From positions 60,001-92,000 of the forward strand of contig NC_000917.1 in the NCBI RefSeq assembly GCF_000008665.1: a DNA stretch of 32,000 nucleotides, written 5' to 3'. Of this stretch, positions 7,814-14,321 are shown piece after piece. The notes beneath the pieces are model-generated. The model was given only the letters and a program-made list of their open reading frames with translations. It was not told where the DNA came from and ran no database searches. Position 1 is the stretch's first letter, and every line of letters begins with the position of its first letter. The stretch comes from Archaeoglobus fulgidus DSM 4304. GTDB taxonomy: Archaea; Halobacteriota; Archaeoglobi; Archaeoglobales; Archaeoglobaceae. The translations under genes were made by a program, and so were the position numbers.

Positions 7814-8873
7814 AATTCACCACCTCCTTTAAAACTTTTTCTTCATAACTTCCGAACTTTATCCGATCTTTACCAATGTCATTTCTTAGATGGAGTTTGA
7901 TGTATCTCTCATAATTGGACAAACTGGGATTTGTGATGAATTCGGCTAAAGCAGATGGTAGGTCTTCATAGCCTTTTCTGAAAGCGGTCCACTCAAAAAT
8001 GTCTTTCCATTTGTTCAACACCTTTATTGCCTCATTGGATTCGGCTATCTGGTGTAATAAGTCAAGGGGGAAAATGCCACCTGTTAACGGCTTCCACTGG
8101 TTCCCTGTTTTGGTCATTACACCATATATCAGAGAACCGAACTTTGGTGCAAATTTACCACCTTCTTCAACTCTTAGTTCTTCTAAAACCAAATTAACAG
8201 CTATTTGAGCGAGTGATGGAAACCACCCTGCTCTATGTAAGCCTTTTACCGAGTCATCGATTCTCTTTCTGATCTCACCAATCAGGTGTAATATTCTTGT
8301 TCTGGTAGGGCTTGGAATGGCAAAAATCATGCCCATGTTCGAGAACTTTCGTATGGTTGCATTGATATGCCCCAATACTGAGAGAGTAAAGTCACTTATC
8401 GACACTTTTACAGGCGACCCTTCTGAATATTGCTTTTTTAACAGTATTTCGTCCCTAATACCCTTCGTTGCTGCCAACTCCATTGGCTGATATAGAGTCT
8501 CCTTCCCGCTGCCTATGTAAACGGGTGATTTAAGCTCTTTTAAACCGTCCAATATGTTTCGGATATCTTCTACATTTCCTAAGAACTCTACAACCTTCTT
8601 TTTCGTCTTTTCTCTTTGTCCACTTCCAATTGTTATAAACGTCCAGTCCCAAGCTTGATCGTCACCAAAAAATTTATGAATCTGGTCGATTCGCTCAAAG
8701 TTCAATTCTCTTTGTGATTCTATTAAATATAATCCACCCATGTCGCTTACAACTGCGTCTCCGCTCAGTGTATGCACGATAACCCCCACTCCATAGGCCC
8801 TTGATACATCAAAAAACTCCCAGCCAGTTTTAGGCAGAAAATATCGATTCATAACTTGCACCTCCAGTAGCAA
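7800..8873 (-). CDS. Cas8-position (large subunit) protein, unusually short
   Basis: 357-aa ORF between cas3 and the small subunit gene. The likely start is M8 (MNRYFLPKTGWEFFD, ATG at 8852). It overlaps the cas3 3-prime end. The assignment is by position only. Confidence 0.45.
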   Translation of the reverse strand: MLLEVQVMNRYFLPKTGWEFFDVSRAYGVGVIVHTLSGDAVVSDMGGLYLIESQRELNFERIDQIHKFFGDDQAWDWTFITIGSGQREKTKKKVVEFLGNVEDIRNILDGLKELKSPVYIGSGKETLYQPMELAATKGIRDEILLKKQYSEGSPVKVSISDFTLSVLGHINATIRKFSNMGMIFAIPSPTRTRILHLIGEIRKRIDDSVKGLHRAGWFPSLAQIAVNLVLEELRVEEGGKFAPKFGSLIYGVMTKTGNQWKPLTGGIFPLDLLHQIAESNEAIKVLNKWKDIFEWTAFRKGYEDLPSALAEFITNPSLSNYERYIKLHLRNDIGKDRIKFGSYEEKVLKEVVNFVGV

Positions 8874-11109
8874 GTCTGTCTGAAATTCTTATCAATTTAG
8901 AAAGCAAACCATAAAGTCTGTAAGCCTCATTCTCATCAGCTACATTTAAGTACGTAAAATCAAGCCTATTGGCTGAATCATGGACTTTAATCAACTCTTT
9001 CGGAACGCTCCAGACCTCCTCAATGAATTTGTTGAATTCTGGAATTAGACGGTATTCTTTGTATTCTCTCGCCCACGGTCCGTGGTGATGAGCAATTGCC
9101 AAATAGAATGCTTTGAATACACCTGCGTCATCAAATAAACTTTCTAAATAAGGTTGCAAGGCTTTTGCAGAAACAGTTGCGTGTGGGGGCAATTTTCTGA
9201 CGTCACTTTCATCTGAATGGGCTAAAGGTATTTTGCCATTCCATCCTACTTTCTCCTGCCAATTTATGTTTAATTTGCCCAGATCATGTAGTGCCGTTAT
9301 GCATTTAATAAGATTGACAAACTCATTATACTCGTACCCGAAGTAATCAGCGAAATTTTTGATAACATAGTAATAACGAGGAATTAGGTAGCAGTCGAGT
9401 ACCCATAGAGAGTTCTTTGCGTGTTCAACCCAACTCTCTTTCTCAAGTTTATAATCAGCTTGGCTTTTAATACCTTTAAGTTTCAGTTTATCGGGCTCAA
9501 AGGATTTGATTGCATTAGGAGCAGATTTGCCAAGCACAAGCCCGACTTCTGGAGAATAGCAAGCACCACTCAGAACATAAAGTTGAAATGGGGTTACATC
9601 TTCTTTACTTTTTACAAGTACTAGCGTGTATTTGCTTTCATAATCTCCAATTACCGGATTTTCTTCTAGTTTGTATGTTTTTATGCCTAACTCCGCAAGC
9701 TTCTCAACTTTACCACTTAAAACTCGCGCATCAACACGTATTCTCGGCAGTGCCAAGATTTCCTCTGGTTCTAGAGTGTCAGGATTTTCATGAAGTGTAA
9801 TATCACACGAAAAAATTTCTCTAACGTTCTGCTCCACCTTTGCCTTACTACCTTCATAAACAGCTCTTGCAAGTTCCCCAAGTCTCTGGTAGAAAAACTT
9901 CGAATCCATGAAAAACTCAAAATGACTTGAAAGTACATTGTTGACGAGTTGGAGTTCAGTTTGCCAATCTAAAGGAAAATCCCCTTTACTCCTGATTTCA
10001 GTTATTGTACTCTCGATTAGCTCTTTAAGATATGGAGCATATGGATTGCTACTGTCTCTGGCGAGCCCAAAAACGTGAAATTCTCCATTGCCACCCCACC
10101 TTGCACATCTCCCAGCCCTTTGTATCAGTGCATCAATTGGAGCAACTTCTGACAGAATTATTGGAGATGAGATATCCATTCCTACTTCTATTACTTGTGT
10201 AGAGATAAATATACACTCGCCTTTACCATTCTTACCGAATACTTTTTCAAAGGATTTCTCCTTTTCTGCCCGATCTTTTTCTAGATATCTGGAATGCAGG
10301 AGAAAAATGGGATAGTCTATTTTCTTCCTTAGATCGAGGTACAGGTTTTGTGCTCGTTCGACAGTGTTAACAACTACAACAAGTTTTCTGCAGTTCTCAG
10401 CCTCCTTTAGAACAGTATCTGCCGTTAACATTTCATCAGGTCTATTTATAAGTTCAACTTTTCGATTTCTCCTCGATTTGATTTCTGATTCATTCTTCAC
10501 GTCCATAATCTCGACTTTACCTCCATTTTTCTCTATTCTTTCCTTGACACGTTCAATGAAAACATCTGGTAGAGTAGCAGACATTATGATTGAAGGAAGG
10601 CCAAGTTTTGCAGATTGCATAGCGATTGCTGCAGCAGTTTGAAGACCTTTTTCTGGGTCAAGAGTGTGTACTTCATCAAAAACGGTCAGAGCTGATGCAA
10701 TACCACCTACAAAAATGTTTCCCCACCTTTTTGGCATGCTTAAGGGAACGCTCAAATATGCCCCAGCAGTCTGATCGATTGTTGTGACAATAATATCCTC
10801 CTCGAAAAGGCTACTTGTTGCCTTTTTGCCATGATGAATTGCTACTCTTAGTTTTTTGAATGAAGCATACTTAATAGCACGTTCGCCAATACTTTCCACT
10901 AAAGTTCTTGTCGGAAGCGAATAAATCAACTGAGGTGGTAAGTAGTCATTGAGGCCATAAATAAAAGGAATTAAAGATGCTTCAGTTTTTCCGGCACCGG
11001 TCGGCGCTCTAATAATCAGGGATTTTCCCTCCAGTAAATTATCCATTGCTTCCTTTTGATATTCGTATGGACTATGGCCTGTTAATTTGCGAAAGGCTTT
11101 AATCACCAT
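8830..11109 (-). CDS. cas3: Cas3 fusion protein: N-terminal SF2 helicase plus C-terminal HD nuclease
   Basis: 759-aa ORF. Helicase motifs present are APTGAGKT (I), FDEVH (II), MSATLP (III) and QRAGRCAR (VI). The last roughly 200 aa (nt about 8833-9432) carry HD-domain residues: WVEHAKN, TALHDLGK, LAHSD and LAIAHHHGPW. Confidence 0.9.
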   Translation of the reverse strand: MVIKAFRKLTGHSPYEYQKEAMDNLLEGKSLIIRAPTGAGKTEASLIPFIYGLNDYLPPQLIYSLPTRTLVESIGERAIKYASFKKLRVAIHHGKKATSSLFEEDIIVTTIDQTAGAYLSVPLSMPKRWGNIFVGGIASALTVFDEVHTLDPEKGLQTAAAIAMQSAKLGLPSIIMSATLPDVFIERVKERIEKNGGKVEIMDVKNESEIKSRRNRKVELINRPDEMLTADTVLKEAENCRKLVVVVNTVERAQNLYLDLRKKIDYPIFLLHSRYLEKDRAEKEKSFEKVFGKNGKGECIFISTQVIEVGMDISSPIILSEVAPIDALIQRAGRCARWGGNGEFHVFGLARDSSNPYAPYLKELIESTITEIRSKGDFPLDWQTELQLVNNVLSSHFEFFMDSKFFYQRLGELARAVYEGSKAKVEQNVREIFSCDITLHENPDTLEPEEILALPRIRVDARVLSGKVEKLAELGIKTYKLEENPVIGDYESKYTLVLVKSKEDVTPFQLYVLSGACYSPEVGLVLGKSAPNAIKSFEPDKLKLKGIKSQADYKLEKESWVEHAKNSLWVLDCYLIPRYYYVIKNFADYFGYEYNEFVNLIKCITALHDLGKLNINWQEKVGWNGKIPLAHSDESDVRKLPPHATVSAKALQPYLESLFDDAGVFKAFYLAIAHHHGPWAREYKEYRLIPEFNKFIEEVWSVPKELIKVHDSANRLDFTYLNVADENEAYRLYGLLSKLIRISDRLATGGASYESIFSA

Positions 11110-11269
11110 AAATCCCCCTGTAAATTCCCTCCATCAAATTAACAAACCCCAAAATCCCTGCATCAATAAACCAGTTACCGGTAAACCTAAGCTCATTAGA
11201 TTCGCCATATCCTGAATTGTCACATTCATTTTCTTTTCCGATGAAATCGTCAAGCGTAACTACCTTCAT
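11099..11269 (-). CDS. Unlisted 56-aa ORF wedged between cas6 and cas3
   Basis: Hand translation gives MKVVTLDDFIGKENECDNSGYGESNELRFTGNWFIDAGILGFVNLMEGIYRGIYGD. Its ATG overlaps the cas6 TGA (ATGA at 11266-11269), and its TAA lies 11 nt inside cas3. It fills the whole cas6-cas3 gap. Confidence 0.5.
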   Translation of the reverse strand: MKVVTLDDFIGKENECDNSGYGESNELRFTGNWFIDAGILGFVNLMEGIYRGIYGD

Positions 11270-11991
11270 ACCACCTTCACCATCCCAAACCCCATGCTGT
11301 TCTTAGAGCCAAAACCCGCCTTATAACCCACGTCAAGCAGCTCAGGACTACCTTCAGCCTTAAAAACCATTTCAACACATCTGTGAAAGGTGTCCTTAAG
11401 CCTGATGCGCTTCGCTTTAACGTTGAGAGGTTTCATGTGGAAGTCGAGGTTTTCCGGAGCGCTTTTGTAATATAGAACGTACTTCTTCACAAGATTCTGC
11501 AAGATAACCTCGTAAAACTTACTGTCTTTCGGATACAAATCAAAAATCCTCCTTCTGCCGTTCTCTCCGACTGAGGTAGATGCATATATGGGGCTGAGAG
11601 TTACGAACTTCTCCCTTCCCTTTACCTCCCTTTCTGGAAGAACAGACACCTCTGAGACGATGAAGTCAACACCGCAGATTCTTATCTCGGGCTTTGAGAG
11701 CAAACCCTCAACAAGACTGGCGGCAACCTCATTTCTGAGAGTGGAGAAGAAAAAGTAAGCCTCCTCGCAATCCGACACCATCTTTTCTCCCTCTATCCTG
11801 AACTTCCTCTTTGGAATGAAGAGCTTGCTGAAGGTGAAGAATTTCGGGACATCTGGCTTGTGCAGCTCAATGGAAAGCGAGGGGTCAGCCCTTTCAATAG
11901 CCCTGTAAATCGCCGAAGCGAGGTGATAAGAGTGGTTCAAGTCAATCTCGAAGCTGTCTGCAGGTGACAGGAGGGAGATTTTCAAACGCAT
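11266..11991 (-). CDS. cas6: Cas6 crRNA-processing endoribonuclease
   Basis: 241-aa ORF with the glycine-rich C-terminal RAMP loop GYKAGFGSKNSMGFGMVKVV that is typical of Cas6. It is the first gene of the operon. Confidence 0.8.
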   Translation of the reverse strand: MRLKISLLSPADSFEIDLNHSYHLASAIYRAIERADPSLSIELHKPDVPKFFTFSKLFIPKRKFRIEGEKMVSDCEEAYFFFSTLRNEVAASLVEGLLSKPEIRICGVDFIVSEVSVLPEREVKGREKFVTLSPIYASTSVGENGRRRIFDLYPKDSKFYEVILQNLVKKYVLYYKSAPENLDFHMKPLNVKAKRIRLKDTFHRCVEMVFKAEGSPELLDVGYKAGFGSKNSMGFGMVKVV

Positions 11992-12012
11992 TGAGCAAAG
12001 TTACACCTTGTC

Positions 12013-12020
12013 AAATATAA
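12013..12020 (-). promoter_or_regulatory. TATA box candidate for cas6 (near-leaderless transcript)
   Basis: The minus strand reads AAAAACCTTATATTTGACAAGGTGTAACTTTGCTCA-ATG. TTATATTT is centred about 26 nt upstream of the cas6 ATG. Confidence 0.5.
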
Positions 12021-12053
12021 GGTTTTTGCTTGCTGTCAGAGTTGTGAATGAAA

Positions 12054-12091
12054 ACCACCGGCGGTGGTGTATCTGAAAAGAGGTCGCGACC
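12054..12091. promoter_or_regulatory. Two short palindromes upstream of the cas6 promoter
   Basis: ACCACCGgCGGTGGT lies at 12054-12068 (7-bp arms) and GGTCGCGACC at 12082-12091 (perfect 10-bp palindrome). Confidence 0.3.
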
Positions 12092-12146
12092 CCTATCTAC
12101 TAAGGTATTTCCAGCTCCTATACACGTCGTCATGTCTTATGCGGAT

Positions 12147-12166
12147 TGTCAAACCTGTGTCAAACC
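12147..12166. repeat. Tandem direct repeat TGTCAAACC-tg-TGTCAAACC (11-bp period)
   Basis: Read directly at 12147-12155 and 12158-12166. A third TTGTCAAA copy at 12008-12015 overlaps the cas6 TATA box. Confidence 0.4.
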
Positions 12167-12579
12167 TCCTTAATTTCCTTAGTTGGTGCCGTATTTCCAC
12201 AATCACGCTCATCCTGCGCAGTTTCAACCCAGACCGGGACTAGTTGTTCGAGGAGGACCGGACAACACCTTAAAGAGTACAAGAGCCTCCAAAGAGGCCA
12301 TCAAAGAAGCTCTATTATTATCGACGACATTAAAAACATTAACGTTCAGGTTGCCTAGCTCATGGAAGAAGTCCTGGCGACTCACCCAGGGCTGATAGAT
12401 TACATCATGCCCACAACACAGGAAGCCTTAACCTCCAGTCCTATGACTGAAAAACTTCTCTCTGAGATCTATGAGCAATATATGCAGCCTAGGAAAGAGG
12501 TCAACCTATGCCAGGCAATGTAAAACTTGAAAAGCTAATAAGTCACCTGCAAAAGATTAAAGAGTGATGAAGTGAAACA

Positions 12580-12780
12580 ATGTCCTATGCAAGAGGTGAA
12601 AAAATTGATGGGGTAATCTTCCTAGTGGAAGAAACAGATGACGGCTACACTGCAAGAGCTCTTGGCCACTCAATTTTCACCCAGGCTGGCTCTCTTGAGG
12701 AACTGAAAGAAATGGTTAAAGATGCTGTAGAGTGTCATTTTGAGGAAGGAGAAAGGCCAAAATTATCAGACTTCACATAG
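12580..12780 (+). CDS. hicB: HicB-like (UPF0150) antitoxin-type protein
   Basis: 66-aa ORF ...GVIFLVEETDDGYTARALGHSIFTQAGSLEELKEMVKDAVECHFEEG. This matches the HicB N-terminal fold pattern (dGgy.a....l.g..tqG.t.eEa....keai). No C-terminal DNA-binding domain is present. Confidence 0.7.
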   Translation: MSYARGEKIDGVIFLVEETDDGYTARALGHSIFTQAGSLEELKEMVKDAVECHFEEGERPKLSDFT

Positions 12781-12802
12781 TGAGGCAAGAGGTCTTAACC
12801 CT

Positions 12803-13038
12803 ATGAAACTTCCCAGAGATATTGCGGCGAAGAACTCGCCAAGTTACTGAGAAAGTACGGCTATGAAGTTACCGGCAGTCATATGAGACTCACAACCCAT
12901 CGGGGAGGAGAACACCACATAACGATTCCAAGACAGGGATCTTTGAAACCTGGAACTCTTAACTCAATTTTGAAGGATGTCGCAGAACACCTTGGAGTTG
13001 ATAAAAGAGAGCTAATAGAGAAGCTTTTTGGAAGGTGA
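12803..13038 (+). pseudogene. hicA: HicA/YcfA-like toxin gene with a 1-nt frameshift near 12826-12832
   Basis: The ATG at 12803 gives MKLPRDIAAKNSPSY-stop. Shifting frame after DIA gives EELAKLLRKYGYEVTGSHMRLTTHRGGEHHITIPRQGSLKPGTLNSILKDVAEHLGVDKRELIEKLFGR, ending at TGA 13036-13038. The span is 236 nt, which is not a multiple of 3. The GSH...H...iP pattern is typical of HicA. Confidence 0.7.
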
Positions 13039-13267
13039 TTGTTGGCTTTAAATCTTCTGAATGTCTATTTGGATGTCTATCTCCGCGCGTCTCGTATCTC
13101 TTGAGTAGTTCGCGCCGGGAAAATTACCAACCATAACGAGTAAGCTGCCTTAATCGATTTCTCCTCTCTTCGATTTTTAATTTTGTATTACAAAAAAGTA
13201 AATACTCATAAAGCTCATACCTAAGCAATCCCAATCTTGGAAAAGCCCAATTAACCCACCTTAAAAA

Positions 13268-13342
13268 TGGGCCCGCGGGGGTTCGAACCCCGGACCTCTC
13301 GCTTATCAGGCGAGCGCTCTAACCAGGCTGAGCCACGGGCCC
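13268..13342 (-). tRNA. tRNA-Ile (anticodon GAU)
   Basis: The reverse complement folds as GGGCCCG-TG-GCTC-AGCCTGGTTA-GAGC-G-CTCGC-CTGATAA-GCGAG-AGGTC-CGGGG-TTCGAAC-CCCCG-CGGGCCC-A. All four stems form and the anticodon loop is C-T-GAT-A-A. A TATA-like TTAATAAA lies 25-32 nt upstream (13367-13374). Confidence 0.95.
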
Positions 13343-13395
13343 TCAGTCAGCTTGAGGAAAAAAGGGTTTATTAAGATTATGGTGTTGTATCTCTC

Positions 13396-14295
13396 ATGCG
13401 CATTTCAAGGGAATCCACAGACTACAGAGTTTACAGGATTCTATCTGAGAACCCTCTTTCCGGAGAAAAGCTGGCTAAGAAGTTGGGAATCTCGAGGACC
13501 GCTGTATGGAAGGCTGTGCAAAAGCTAAAGGAGTGCGGAGTTTATGTTGAGTCAAATGCGAGCGGCTACACCATAGCTGGAGAAGAGGAGCTCAATCCGT
13601 ATGAGGTGGCGAGATTGGCCTTTGAAAGCGGTTTTAAGGAGGTTCACTTCTACGATGTTACCGATTCCACCAACAGCAGGGCCAAGGAGTACGGCAAACC
13701 AGATGCGCTTTTCTTCGCTAACAGGCAAACGGCCGGAAGGGGGAGGCACGGAAGGAAGTGGCTCAGCGAGGAGGGCGGGCTGTATTTCTCGGTAACGCTC
13801 TCACCACCCCTCGACTACTCTGAGTTGCCAAAGCTCACGCTGATAGCGGGGCTGAGCGTCGCTGAGGCGATTCCTCAATCGGAGATAAAGTGGCCGAACG
13901 ATGTTCTGATTAAGGGCAGAAAGGTTTGCGGAATTCTTTCCGAACTGCACGGGGAGGTTGAAAGACCGCTCGTTATAGTTGGAGTTGGAATCAACGTGAA
14001 AAATCCTCATCCTGAAAACGGTATTTCACTCTCCGAGCTGTACGATGTTTCCAGAAGGGAGGTTTTTGAGCAAGTCATCAGAAATTTCTCGAAAAACTAC
14101 AGAATGCTGCTGGACGGTAGGTGGTGTGAGCTCAGAAGGAGAATCGAAAGGAGGTGCTCCTCGGTAGGAAAGGCTGTGAGAGTGACAACTCCTTCGGGAG
14201 TTGCGGAGGGAATTGCGGAGGCAATCTCCGAAGACGGCTCGCTTGTAGTAAGCGGCAAAAAAATCTACGCCGGAGACTGCATTCATCTCAGATGA
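13396..14295 (+). CDS. birA: Bifunctional biotin-protein ligase / biotin operon repressor
   Basis: 299-aa ORF with an N-terminal wHTH (SGEKLAKKLGISRTAVWKAVQKLKECG) and the biotin ligase signature GRGRHGRKW. KWPNDVL and KVCGIL are also present. Confidence 0.9.
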   Translation: MRISRESTDYRVYRILSENPLSGEKLAKKLGISRTAVWKAVQKLKECGVYVESNASGYTIAGEEELNPYEVARLAFESGFKEVHFYDVTDSTNSRAKEYGKPDALFFANRQTAGRGRHGRKWLSEEGGLYFSVTLSPPLDYSELPKLTLIAGLSVAEAIPQSEIKWPNDVLIKGRKVCGILSELHGEVERPLVIVGVGINVKNPHPENGISLSELYDVSRREVFEQVIRNFSKNYRMLLDGRWCELRRRIERRCSSVGKAVRVTTPSGVAEGIAEAISEDGSLVVSGKKIYAGDCIHLR

Positions 14296-14321
14296 AAAAT
14301 TTTTAGTATATCCTTTTACCA

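Noticed and set aside
12146-12522. Two listed or visible ORFs (12146-12358 and 12361-12522) are in the same frame, separated only by a TAG. This could be one gene with an amber stop or a recoding event.
   Set aside because: The upstream half is low-complexity (S/T/Q/R-rich) with a non-ATG start and no recognisable domain. Another ORF (12183-12395) overlaps it in a different frame, which is typical of non-coding sequence. Nothing here supports read-through.
13100-13125. The sequence GTAGTTCGCGCCGGGAA resembles the tRNA-Ile T-arm (GGTTCGAACCCCGGA) and might be an att-site relic.
   Set aside because: Identity is patchy (GTTCG and GGA blocks only) and requires an indel. I cannot support it without a proper alignment score.
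11992-13267. I searched for a CRISPR array or leader in the 1.3 kb between cas6 and tRNA-Ile, which is where one would be expected.
   Set aside because: Neither strand shows regularly spaced direct repeats of 24-40 nt. The only repeats seen are short: TGTCAAACC x2 at 12147-12166 and ATGTCTAT x2 at about 13063-13082. The region instead holds HicB, a broken HicA and apparently non-coding DNA.
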